NCBI GenBank assembly: GCA_964016885.1
Contig: OZ024766.1
Coordinates: 22,072,001-22,136,000, forward strand
Direction: 5' to 3'
Length of the DNA: 64,000 nt
Source: Eledone cirrhosa
Taxonomy: Eukaryota
Shown: in pieces, positions 40,780 through 54,000 of the stretch
Numbering within the stretch: position 1 is the stretch's first letter
Layout: each line of letters begins with the position of its first letter
The notes under the pieces: model-generated
What the model was told of the DNA's origin: nothing
Databases searched by the model: none
Seen by the model: the letters and a program-made list of their open reading frames with translations, nothing else
Position numbers and translations under genes: made by a program

Positions 40780-42246
40780 TATGTAAGAACCTTTGTTAAG
40801 TTATGTTCCATTAGAAATATGGTAACGAAAGGGTTAAAGTGTTTATATTTATCTAAAAAACCTTTGTTAAGTTATGTTCCATTAGAAATACGGTAATGAA
40901 AGGGTTAAAGTGTTTATATTTATCTAAAAACCTTTGTTAAGTTATGTTCCATTAGAAATACGGTAATGAAAGGGTTAAAGTGTTTATATTTATCTAAAAA
41001 CCTTTGTTAAGTTATGTTCCATTAGAAATATGGTAACGAAAGGGTTAAAGTGTTTATATTTATGTAATAACCTCCTTTGTTAAGTTATGTTCCATTAGAA
41101 ATATGGTAATGAAAGGGTTAAAGTGTTTATATTTATCTAAAAAAAACCTTCCATCATAATTTTATGTAATAACCTTTGTTAAGTTATGTTCCATTAGAAA
41201 TATGGTAATGAAAGGGTTAAAGTGTTTATATTTATCTAAAAAAACCTTCCAACATAATTTTATGTAAGAACCTTTGTTAAGTTATGTTCCATTAGAAATA
41301 TGGTAATGAAAGGGTTAAAGTGTTTATATTTATCTTAAAAACCTTCCATCATAATTTTATGCAAGAACCTTTGTTAAGTTATGTTCCATTAGAAATATGG
41401 TAATGAAAGGGTTAAAGTGTTTATATTTATCTTAAAAACCTTCCATCATAATTTTATGCAAGAACCTTTGTTAAGTTATGTTCCATTAGAAATATGGTAA
41501 TGAAAGGGTTAAAGTGTTTATATTTATCTTAAAAACCTTCCATCATAATTTTATGCAAGAACCTTTGTTAAGTTATGTTCCATTAGAAATATGGTAACGA
41601 AAGGGTTAAAGTATTTATATTTATCTGAAAACCTTCCACCATAATTTCATGTAAGAACCTTTGTTAAGTTATGTTCCATTAGAAATATGGCAACGAAAGG
41701 GTTAAAGTGTTTATATTTATCTAAAAACCTTTGTTAAGTTATGTTCCATTAGAACATTAGAAATATGGCAACGAAAGGGTTAAAGTGTTTATATTTATCT
41801 AAAAACCTTTGTTAAGTCATGTTCCATTAGAAATATGGCAACGAAAGGGTTAAAGTGTTTATATTTATCTAAAAACCTTTGTTAAGTTATGTTCCATTAG
41901 AAATATGGCAACGAAAGGGTTAAAGTGTTTTATATTTATCTAAAAACCTTTCTTAAGTTACGTTCCATCATAATTTTATGTAAGAACCTGTGTTAAGTTA
42001 TGTTCCATTAGAAATATGGTAACGAAAGGGTTAAAGTGTTTATATTTATCTAAAAACCTTTCTTAAGTTACGTTCCATCATAATTTTATGTAAGAACCTG
42101 TGTTAAGTTATGTTCCATTAGAAATATGGTAACGAAAGGTTTAAAGTGTTTATATTTATCTAAAAAACCTTCCAACATAATTTCAGGTAAGAACCTTTGT
42201 TAAGTTATGTTCCAAACGCCATAGAAATACGGTAATGAAAGGTTTA
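40780..42246. repeat. Minisatellite with 70-bp and 97-bp unit variants, about 17-18 copies
   Basis: CCTTTGTTAAGTTATGTTCCATTAGAAATATGGTAACGAAAGGGTTAAAGTG recurs throughout. Confidence 0.92.
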
Positions 42247-42396
42247 AACAGTTGCAGTTGTCACATGTGGCGTCCAGACAGGCTTGGGACAGAAATACAC
42301 TGGATTCGGATCGGTGGAGCGTAAGACCTCTCGCGCAATTGTCCCCACCACCTTCATTACAACTTCAGGAATGACATAGTTGCATTCCTCAATATA

Positions 42397-42447
<51 letters not shown>

Positions 42448-42497
42448 ATATATATATATATGTAATATATATGTGTGTATATATATATATATGTATA

Positions 42498-42542
<45 letters not shown>

Positions 42543-42673
42543 AAGTATGTACATATATATATATATGTATGTATGTATGTACATATGTATGTATATATAT
42601 ATGTATATATATGCATATATATACATATATACATACACACACATATATATATATATGTATATGTACATATATA

Positions 42674-42720
<47 letters not shown>

Positions 42721-42843
42721 GTATGTACATATATATATATACAATCATACATATATACACACACATATATATATGTGTGTGTATAATATATATATATATG
42801 TATGTATGTACATATGTATGTATATATATATATATATATATGC

Positions 42844-42877
<34 letters not shown>

Positions 42878-42901
42878 ATGTATATATACGTATATATATG
42901 C

Positions 42902-42933
<32 letters not shown>

Positions 42934-42941
42934 ATATACAT

Positions 42942-42977
<36 letters not shown>

Positions 42978-42980
<3 letters not shown>

Positions 42981-43164
42981 TTTATCCCAGGTTTAATCGG
43001 GGGTAACCACAGTAAGGTACTCAATACAAAGCAGAGTATAAATATTTAATATAGAAATCGCTTCTACAGGACTAGAACTGTTTCATTTCGGGAGAAATCA
43101 TCAGGAATTCCGATGATTTCTGCCGAATGAAACAGTTCTAGTCCTGTAGAAGCGATTTCTATAT
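42978..43164 (-). mobile_element. Penelope-like relic with imperfect palindrome 43049-43164 and tail
   Basis: Same family as 16771-16947, opposite orientation. Confidence 0.65.
43062..43107 (-). ncRNA. Type I hammerhead motif with truncated stem I
   Basis: TTC-CTGATGA-TTTC/GAAA-T-GAAAC-AG-TTCTAGTC-CT-GTA|GAA. Confidence 0.55.
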
Positions 43165-43418
43165 AAAATACATATATATATATACACATATATACATCAA
43201 CATTCTGATGTATTGATTCATCCCCCCCCCCCCCCCCCCCCCACCCCCCCCCCTACAATGAGACACAGCAACATGTGAAGTTGCCAACTTTATAGGTATG
43301 TCAATAACTGCCTATATAAGGACTGCGTACATATCACTGCGTGTATATATGTGTGTATATATGTGTGTATATATATATATGTGTATATATATATATGTGA
43401 ATATGTGTATATATATAC

Positions 43419-43472
<54 letters not shown>

Positions 43473-43614
43473 ATATATATATATATGTATATTTATATAT
43501 GTATATATATGTATATATATATATGTGTATATATATTGTTGACACGTCACAACAAACAAACAAAGTGACTGATACACTCTCTCTCACCCACGTATATGTG
43601 TATATATATGTGTA

Positions 43615-43646
<32 letters not shown>

Positions 43647-43647
43647 C

Positions 43648-43689
<42 letters not shown>

Positions 43690-43696
43690 GTATATG

Positions 43697-43747
<51 letters not shown>

Positions 43748-43754
43748 GTATATG

Positions 43755-43837
<83 letters not shown>

Positions 43838-43936
43838 CTATGTAAGAAATATAATAATTTAACGCTTGAAATAGCAGGAAGAGTGTCGTAACGTTTTGGA
43901 CGCTAGTCCTTCATCGGAAGAAAGAATGAGAGATAG

Positions 43937-43999
<63 letters not shown>

Positions 44000-44004
44000 G
44001 AGTG

Positions 44005-44040
<36 letters not shown>

Positions 44041-44063
44041 CATATATATATATACACTCATAT

Positions 44064-44110
<47 letters not shown>

Positions 44111-44199
44111 CACTTATATATATATAATATATATACATGTATATATATATATATATATATACATATATACACATGTATATATATATATATATATGAGTG

Positions 44200-44242
<43 letters not shown>

Positions 44243-44270
44243 TATATGTATATATATATATATATATATG

Positions 44271-44315
<45 letters not shown>

Positions 44316-44335
44316 CATACATATATATATATTTA

Positions 44336-44458
<123 letters not shown>

Positions 44459-44461
44459 GTA

Positions 44462-44508
<47 letters not shown>

Positions 44509-44846
44509 CATATATATATATATATACATTTTCGGAAAATGACCTATTGCTATGGCCCACCTAGTGTATACTGAAACAACAGCCAATAACAACATTATCG
44601 ATTTATATGTGGTTAATTGATAAATAACGAACTGTATCAGATAAACTCGTTAACGGAACTAATTAAGTCGTGGGGGGGGGGGGGGCAGTATTGTGATTTA
44701 TTTTAATGATTTTACCTACAATGTTGACTTTTATACACATATATACACATATATATATATATATATGTGTATATATATATATATGTGTATATATATATAT
44801 ATGTGTATATATATATATATGTGTATATATATATGTGTGTATATAT

Positions 44847-44947
<101 letters not shown>

Positions 44948-44948
44948 C

Positions 44949-44979
<31 letters not shown>

Positions 44980-45008
44980 GAAATATATATATACATGTAT
45001 ATATATAT

Positions 45009-45050
<42 letters not shown>

Positions 45051-45059
<9 letters not shown>

Positions 45060-45502
45060 TAAAAAAATAATGAATAAAACAATGAAACAGTTCCTTATAT
45101 TAAACAAAAAAAGTTCATTATTTAACGATCGTTTCTAGGATATATATGTGTTAGAATTGGCATGCATATTCAACAGATCTATGTACAAAATTATACAAAA
45201 TTATACAAACTATGTATAATTTTGTATAATTTTGTACATAGATCTGTTGAATATGCATGCCAATTCTAACACATATATATCCTAGAAACGATCGTAAAAT
45301 AATGAACTTTTTTTGTTTAATATAAGGAACTGTTTCATTGTTTTATTCATTATTTTTTTAATATTTTATCTTGACTCTGTATTCCGTTTATCTTTCACCG
45401 AAAGTGATTTTTCATTGCATCTCTTCTTTCCATGATATCCGGATTACATTGAGTTCTTCATACGGATTGGACACTACCGTAAACTCTTGGTAGATTTATC
45501 TA
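45051..45502 (+). mobile_element. Penelope-like relic: 157-bp inverted arms (45051-45207 / 45213-45369), 5-nt loop, ~130-bp tail
   Basis: One visible mismatch between arms; GAAAC-GATC-GTA hammerhead 3' half at 45285-45296; 5' core degenerate (CTGTTGA). Confidence 0.65.
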
Positions 45503-45503
45503 C

Positions 45504-45534
<31 letters not shown>

Positions 45535-45577
45535 TATATACACATATATATATATACACATATATATATATACACAC

Positions 45578-45728
<151 letters not shown>

Positions 45729-45739
45729 TATATATATAT

Positions 45740-45778
<39 letters not shown>

Positions 45779-46268
45779 TATACACATATACATATATACA
45801 TATATATATATATACATATATATACATATATATATGTATATATATGAAAGAAAGTCCTGCCTCAGCTAAGGTCTCGTGATATCAATTTAAAATTAAAAAC
45901 AGAAAAAAGGAGAGCAAAGACAATGGAAAGAGGGGCAAAACCCAGAACTGACCCCTACTCATCAATTGACCTCTGGAGGTCATGGAGGTTTTGGCACTTT
46001 ATATAAGAAAATATAAAAGGAATCTTGTAAAGACTTTAAAACGCGAGCTTATTCGTTTCTTTAAGAACTCATGTTTCAAAGACAGGCTCTGATGTATATA
46101 TGTGTGTATATATATGTATATATGTATATATATATATGTGTGTATATGTGTATATGTGTATATATATATGTGTGTGTGTGCGTGTGTGTGTGTGTATGAG
46201 TATATATATATATATATATGTGTGTGTATATGTGTATATATATATGTGTGTGTATATATGTATATATG

Positions 46269-46299
<31 letters not shown>

Positions 46300-46336
46300 A
46301 TATGTGTATATATATATATGTGTGTGTATATATGTA

Positions 46337-46370
<34 letters not shown>

Positions 46371-46506
46371 TATATATATTTATGTATATATGTGTGTGTG
46401 TGTGTATGTATATATATATATATATGTGTGTGTTTATGTGTATATATATATGTGTGTGTGTGTGTGAGTATATATATATATATATATATGTGTGTGTATA
46501 TATGTA

Positions 46507-46625
<119 letters not shown>

Positions 46626-46815
46626 AGGTGTGTGTGAATATAAAATGATGATGATGATGATGATGATGATATGGCTGTGTGTATGTATATATATATATAC
46701 ATATATATACATATATACACATATATATACACATATATATATATATATGTCACTACTTCTGTTAAGCAAACATGACAAAGTGACAGCTGGCGGCCATATT
46801 GAATTGGCTTACAGA

Positions 46816-46866
<51 letters not shown>

Positions 46867-46869
46867 GTT

Positions 46870-46900
<31 letters not shown>

Positions 46901-46905
46901 TTATA

Positions 46906-47047
46906 CAGATAAAATTCCGTTATAACGAATTTTTCAGTATAACGAAAATTTTACAATGTGTTAGGTTGATCTCATTAAAGGACTTTTCATTACAACAAAT
47001 TTTTCTTTTATAGACTCAGCGAATTGCATTATATCGAAATTTCATTG
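46906..47047. mobile_element. Tc1/pogo-like MITE relic
   Basis: TA-CAGATAAAATTCCGTTATAACGAA ... CATTATATCGAAATTTCATTG-TA imperfect inverted termini. Confidence 0.5.
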
Positions 47048-47064
47048 TATATATGTATATATAT

Positions 47065-47106
<42 letters not shown>

Positions 47107-47113
47107 TATATAA

Positions 47114-48301
47114 GAGAGTCACTCCAGGTAGAGCTGTTACTTCTCTGAATTGAGAGATCACAGCTCTGATACTATGGACATGTGGTTAGAATGTCTCAGG
47201 AAAGAATCACTGGAGAGTCACTCCAGGTAGAGCTGCTACTTCTCTGAATTGAGAGATAACAGCTCTGATACTATGGACATGTGGTTAGAATGTCTCACGG
47301 AAGAATCACTGGAGAGTCACTCCAGGTAGAGCTGCTACTTCTCTGAATTGAGAGACCACAGCTCTGATACTATGGACATGTGGTTAGAATGTCTCACGGA
47401 AGAATCACTGGAGAGTCACTCCAGGTAGAGCTGCTACTTCTCTGAATTGAGAGACCACAGCTCTGATACTATGGACATGTGGTTAGAATGTCTCACGGAA
47501 GAATCACTGGAGAGTCACTCCAGGTGGAGCTGCTACTTCTCTGAATTGAGAGATCACAGCTCTGATACTATGGACATGTGGTTAGAATGTCTCAGGAAAG
47601 AATCACTGGAGAGTCACTCCAGGTAGAGCTGTTACTTCTCTGAATTGAGAGATCACAGCTCTGGTACTATGGACATGTGGTTAGAATGTCTCAGGTAAGA
47701 ATCACTAGAGAGTCACTCCAGGTAGAGCTGCTAATTCTCTGAATTGAGAGATCACATCTCTGATACTATGGACATGTGGTTAGAATGTCTCAGGAAAGAA
47801 TCACTGGAGAGTCACTCCAGGTAGAGCTGTTACTTCTCTGAATTGAGAGATCACAGCTCTGATACTATGGAGATGTGGTTAGAATGTCTCAGGTAAGAAC
47901 CACTGGAGAGTCACTCCAGGTAGAGCTGCTACTTCTCTGAATTGAGAGATCACGGCTCTGATACTATGGACATGTGGTTAGAATGTCTCAGGAAAGAATC
48001 ACTGGAGAGTCACTCCAGGTAGAGCTGCTACTTCTCTGAATTGAGAGACCACAGCTCTGATACTATGGACATGTGGTTAGAATGTCTCAGGAAAGAATCA
48101 CTGGAGAGTCACTCCAGGTAGAGCTGTTACTTCTCTGAATTGAGAGATCACAGCTATGATACTATGGACATGTGGTTAGAATGTCTCAGGTAAGAACCAC
48201 TGGAGAGTCACTCCAGGTAGAGCTGCTACTTCTCTGAATTGAGAGACCACAGCTCTGATACTATGGACATGTGGTTAGAATGTCTCAGGTAAGAATCACT
48301 G
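47114..48301 (+). repeat. 99-bp minisatellite x12 derived from an RTE (Rex3-like) ORF segment
   Basis: Unit translates ESLQVELLLL*IERSQL*YYGHVVRMSQERIT and runs into the LINE C-terminus at 48302. Confidence 0.9.
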
Positions 48302-48740
48302 GACAGATTTTACAGGCAAAACCGACTGGCAGGAGACCCAGAGGTAGACCTGGAGCAAGATGGCTGGATAACATCCATGACCTTAGCTGGTTTTCACTTA
48401 GGAATCCAGCTGGATCAGTTGGAGACAGGTGCTTCTAACAGGACCCACTGGAAGAAGTGTTTGAGGACTCTGCCTCACCGCGACCTTCTCAGGACTAAGT
48501 GGGTAAAGAAGAAGTGTATATAGTGATGACACTGGTGCCAAGCTGTCTCTGTCTTTCCCTTGGATAACAACATATATTGCTGGGGGACAGATTTTTACAG
48601 GAGACCCAGGGGTAGACCTGGAGCAAGATGGTAGGGTAACATCCATGAGCTTGGCTGGTCCTGCTTGGGAATCTAGCCAGATCAGTTGGAGACAGTTGCT
48701 TCTGACAGGACCTGCTAGGAGTGTCTGAGGACTTTGCCCT
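48302..48740 (+). mobile_element. Two degenerate RTE (Rex3-like) 3' fragments
   Basis: QILQAKPTGRRPRGRPGARWLDNIHDL...; second diverged copy from about 48585. Confidence 0.75.
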
Positions 48741-49639
48741 GGTTAAGGGGCTACATTAATTTAAATGTAAAAAAATTAAACAAAACTCACCAAAAACCAA
48801 CTGTAATATCAGCTAGGGTCAAATAACTCCAGAAAATGTGTATTTTTTTTCAAAGGTTTTTTTTTCGTTAAGAAGTTTTAGAAAAGGGTAAAATATGGGT
48901 TTTAGAAAGCCTGACTAAATATCCAAGGGCTACTGTGTTTAGATATTAAATTTGGGTTCACGTTGATCTTTAAACAAAAAATTAATAGGGATTTTTTAAA
49001 AAAATATATTTTTTAAAAGGGAAACTGTGATTTGATGAAGACTAAATTGGTATCCAAGAAAGATTTTTTTAGGGGTCGTGTTGATTTAAATATCCAAAGG
49101 AAAACTTCCTGGAACTGGGAACAACTGATAATCACAAACCGCAAAAAATTCCCTTGAAAAATATATATTTTTTCGAAGGTTTTTGTCGTTGCTGTAGGGT
49201 CGTCTGAAAATCTTAGAGACTTGAGAATTTTGGGGGTTGTATTGACTTAAGTATATAAAAGAAAACCTTCCAGGAACTGGGACCAGTATTAATAATCCCA
49301 AACGTTAAAAATTCTCTACAAAAAATATATATTTTTTCGAAGGGTTTTTGACGGTGTTGTTGTTGTTGTTGTTGTTGTTTGTCTCTGGTGTTGACTGAAA
49401 GTCTTAAAGACAGGACACAATGAACACTCGGTGTTGTGATTTCAGCTAAACTGTTTGATATGACAGTAAGAAATTATGAAAGATATATGTGAGGGTGTGT
49501 GTGTGTCTTGTGTGAGGGTGTGTGTGAGGGTGTGTGTAGGGTGTGAGGGTGTGTGTAGGGGGCGTGTGTGTGTGTGTGTTTTGTGTGTGTTTTGTGTAGA
49601 GTGCAACAAACATAACATCTGTTTGGGTTCGATTTGATC

Positions 49640-49642
49640 ACA

Positions 49643-49701
<59 letters not shown>

Positions 49702-49715
49702 GGTGGTGGTGGTGG

Positions 49716-49746
<31 letters not shown>

Positions 49747-50203
49747 GGTGGTGGTGCTGGTGGTGGTGGTGGTGCTGGTGGTGGTGGTGGTGGTGTAGGG
49801 GGACCTGTTATTGATGTTGTTGTCGGTGGTGTAGGCGGGTGTTGTTGTTGTTGTTGGTGTTGTGGTGGTGTGGTGTCATAGTTGGTGGTGGTGTGGTGTG
49901 GTGTTGTTATTGATGGTGGTGGTGTTACTATTGGTGGTGGTGTTGGTATTGGTGGTCTTGTGGTGTCATAGTTGGTGGAGGTGGGTGGTGTTGGTGTTGA
50001 TAGTGGTGGTGGTGTGGTGTGTTGGTGTTGGTAGTGGTGGTGGTGGTGGTGTGGTGTGTTGGTGTTGGTAGTGGTGGTGGTGGTGGTGTGGTGGTGTGGT
50101 GGTGTGGTGGAGTTACCATTTGTCTTGTTGTTGTTGTTGTTGCTATTGATGTTAAAGTACTAGCAGTAGCAGTAGTAGTAGCAGTAGTAGTAGTAGTAGC
50201 AGC

Positions 50204-50264
<61 letters not shown>

Positions 50265-50337
50265 TTTGTTGCTGTTGTTGTTGTTGTTGTTGTGGATTTT
50301 GCTAAAAACTTTTTAAAGTTAAAAGCATTTTAGGGTA

Positions 50338-50369
<32 letters not shown>

Positions 50370-50790
50370 GGTGGTGAGGGGGAGGAGAGAGAGAGGGAGA
50401 AGGATATAGAAGAGAGGGAGAGAGAGAGAGACAGAGAGGGAGAGAGAGAGAGAGAGAGAAGAGAGAGAGAGAAGGATATAGAAGAGAGAGACAGAGGGGG
50501 AGAGAGAGAGAGAAGAGAGAGAGAGAAGGATATAGAAGAGAGAGACAGAGAGGGAGAGAGAGAGAGAAGAGAGAGAGAGAAGGATATAGAAGAGAGAGAC
50601 AGAGGGAGAGAGAGAGAGAGAGAGAAGAGAGAGAGAGAAGGATATAGAAGAGAGAGACAGAGGGGGAGAGAGAGAGAAGAGAGAGAGAGAAGGATATAGA
50701 AGAGAGAGACAGAGAGGGAGAGAGAGAGAGAAGAGAGAGAGAGAAGGATATAGAAGAGAGAGACAGAGGGAGAGAGAGAGAGAGAGAAAT
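49640..50790. repeat. (GGT)n and (GTA)n tracts, then a GA-rich ~60-bp higher-order repeat
   Basis: AAGGATATAGAAGAGAG recurs about 7 times in 50400-50760. Confidence 0.88.
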
Positions 50791-50959
50791 AGCAACACAA
50801 TCAGTACAGTATATGGAAGGAATATATTAGTTTAACGCTTGATATAGCAGGAAGAGGGTTTTAACATTTCGGATGCTGGTCCTTCATCACTCAAACATGG
50901 ATATGTGTGAACATATTATATATATGTGTGTGTATATATATTTACAGGAGCCATGTATG

Positions 50960-50990
<31 letters not shown>

Positions 50991-51029
50991 TATATATAAT
51001 GTATATATATGTATATATATATATATATA

Positions 51030-54000
51030 ATGTAACTTTGAATAACTTTGAAATGTTTTGGCCAGTATTGGCCCAGGCCATGTCTAACTTAATAGCACCA
51101 CCTGGCGAAGTCTTTCAATTCAGGATTTGGGCACCATGGCCCATTCGAGAAGAGAATTACTGTTTGCGGAGACATATCCGGGTGTGGGTGGTTTGTCCGG
51201 GATTACTTGGAGGAATTTGTCCAAAGACTTCTTGAATTTTGTGTGGTCAGTTTCTGTTTTGACGTGTCCTGGTGTGATGTTGAAGAGAGCAGGGCCGATT
51301 GAGGTGAAATAATTGTGCCGTATTGTTGTTATGAGTTGCGATTTAGATTTTTGAATGGGACGGATAGCACGGGGCCCAAGCCTTGGGTGTATCTTGAAGG
51401 CGATGCCAACATCATTTGGGCAGTGATGATGGAACATTTTCCACATCATGCAGATAATATAACGCTCACGGCGACGTTGGAGTGAGTAAAGTTTCAGGTT
51501 TTCCAATCGACCCCAGTAGTCAAGGTCTGACATGCCATCTATCTTTTTCGTGATTGCCCTTTGAGGAGCTTCAAGTTTCATGATACTTTGTTTCGTGTGG
51601 GGAGACCACAGTGGACAACAGTATTCAAGGTGTGGTCGGGCGAAAGTAGAGAAGAGAAGGATAATGGTGCGGGAATCTCTCGACTGGAAGGTTCTGAGGA
51701 TCCAGGAACACATTCTGCGGGCCATGTCAACTTTGCTGCTTATATGCGTGGTCCAGCTTATGTTGCTGTCCACGGTTACTCCCAAGTCTCTGATGTTGTT
51801 AGATGCCACGAGAGTTTCCCCGGAGGGAAGGGAGTACGGGAGTTTCAGAGCATCCTCTTTTCCAAAGTGGATCAGTTCGAATTTGTCTTCGTTCAGTAGC
51901 ATGTTGTTCTTTTCTGCCCATTGGGTAACAGCCAGTAGGTCTGACTGAAGGCTTATCCGGTCATCCACGCCATTGATGACCTTTTGGAGCTTGGAATCAT
52001 CAGCGAAAATTTTAATGTTGCTGTGTTTGATGATGTCAGTGATGTCATTAATATAGATGATGAAGAGAAGTGGGCCCAACACAGTGCCTTGTGGGACTCC
52101 ACTACTGACTTTGGCTGGGCTTGATTTGACTCCCTCAACTACAACATGTTGGGTTCTGTTTGACAGGAAGCTCTTGATCCACTGCAGCAGCTTTCCAGTG
52201 ACACCAATATTGGACAGCTTTCTCAGTAGAATGTTATGATCAACCCTGTCAAAGGCCTTGCTGAAATCAAGGTAGATAACATCAGTGTTGGAACCCTCTC
52301 CCAAGGCTCTCAAAATGTCATCAAAGTGATGCAGTAGTTGCGTCAGGCAATCCCTTCCATTACGGAATCCATGCTGGTTGGAGTTCAGCATATTGTTACT
52401 CTCAAGGAAGTGGGTCATTCGCGATCTCACCACTCGCTCAAATACCTTAATGATATGAGAGGTGAGTGAGATTGGACGGTAATTCACGGCAAGGGATTTG
52501 TTTCCCTTTTTGAAAACTGGGACAACAGACTGGGATAGAAGGTTTTCTGGCACATATCCAGCATCCAGTGAGTTCCGCCACAGATTGGCAAGAGGAGAAG
52601 CAAGTTGGTGTTGACACGCCTTCAAGACACAAGCAGGGAACCTATCGGGACCTACTGCTGAATTATGCTTGATTTCCTTTATTGCCGCCAAGACATCAGG
52701 GGCGCCAAACGTTATGTCCGATAAGGTGTAATGGGGAGTAACATCGCCGATACAGCCCAGATCGGCCATATCAGGATTGCTGAAAACAGAGCAGTATTGT
52801 TTCTGCAGTATCTCACCCATGGTTTTAGCATTGTCTTGAAGAGTGCCATTTTCATCAATTAGAGGGCCAACAGTAGAGCCAGTGATTTTGTGTTTTTTTG
52901 CAAATGAAAAGAACACTTTGGGATTGAGTTTGATCTTCTCAATGGCCCAGGCCTCTTCAGCTCTTCTCTGATTGTTGATGAGGGACATTATGTTGTTTTG
53001 GAGGTTATGTTTTTTAATCTCTAGTGATGAAATGGCAGTCAAGTTGATGTGTTGCTGCTGACAGTATTTCAGCTTGTTGATTTTTTTGTTCGTTCTCTTA
53101 ATTTTTCTGATGAGTGTTTTTCTATTTCTAGGGATTCTGCTCTTAGATTTGTTTATAGTTCTTAATGGGGTGTGTTTAGCACATATGTTTGTAACAGTGT
53201 CCACAAATGTCTGCCAGGACTTTTTGATGTTAGTGGGTGTATGAGTGTGCGTGAAGGACCAGTCGACATGTGCAAGATCATGACTGATCGCTTCCCAGTT
53301 TGCATTGTGGAAATCCATAGCGTCAAACGGATGGACAGGAGAAATGACATTGGGTTTGTATATTGGACGGTGGAATCTCAGATCACAGAGAACCATGTCA
53401 TGATCAGAGAGTAGAGTTTTCTCCACTGCAATATTGTGGATATTGTCAGTGTGATTGCTGAAAATTAAGTCTAGGACGTTTTTGTGGCACCTCGTTGGTT
53501 CGAGCACTAGTTGGGATAGGAAGAAATCATCCATGAAGTCAAGAAGCGATTCCACAGCTTCCCTGTCAGAGGTTGAGGCAGAAGAACCTGGTGGCAGGGT
53601 GTTTGTGGACCAGTCAACTCCGGGGAGGTTGAAGTCCCCCATCATTAAGATGTTGTCAGGGTGACACTCTTGGATGAAACACTTTATGCTGTTGAGGCAT
53701 TCCTTGAAGCATGGTACAGGCGTTTGGGGTGGCCTATAGAGCCCAACTACTAATAGGTTGTTGGTTTGACTGAATACAGTGACTGCCTCACAGTATCCAT
53801 TAGTGAATATGTTCATAGCCTCTGTTGAGAAAGAATTATGGACATAAATGGCAGTTCCGCCCTTTCTTCTGCCAGCGCGATCAGCACGGATGGCTTTGAA
53901 ATTTTTCACTTTCACCTCGGCTTCCAAGTGGAGGTTACTGAGATGGGTTTCAGTGAGGACGAAGAAAGGGATGTGGTTTGGATGGACATCAATCCAGTCC

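Noticed and set aside
46770-46820. AATATGGCCGCC (YY1-like) motif on the minus strand as the gene promoter
   Set aside because: Single short motif with no other support.
48780-49350. Degenerate ~165-bp repeats
   Set aside because: Too diverged to define units or origin by eye.
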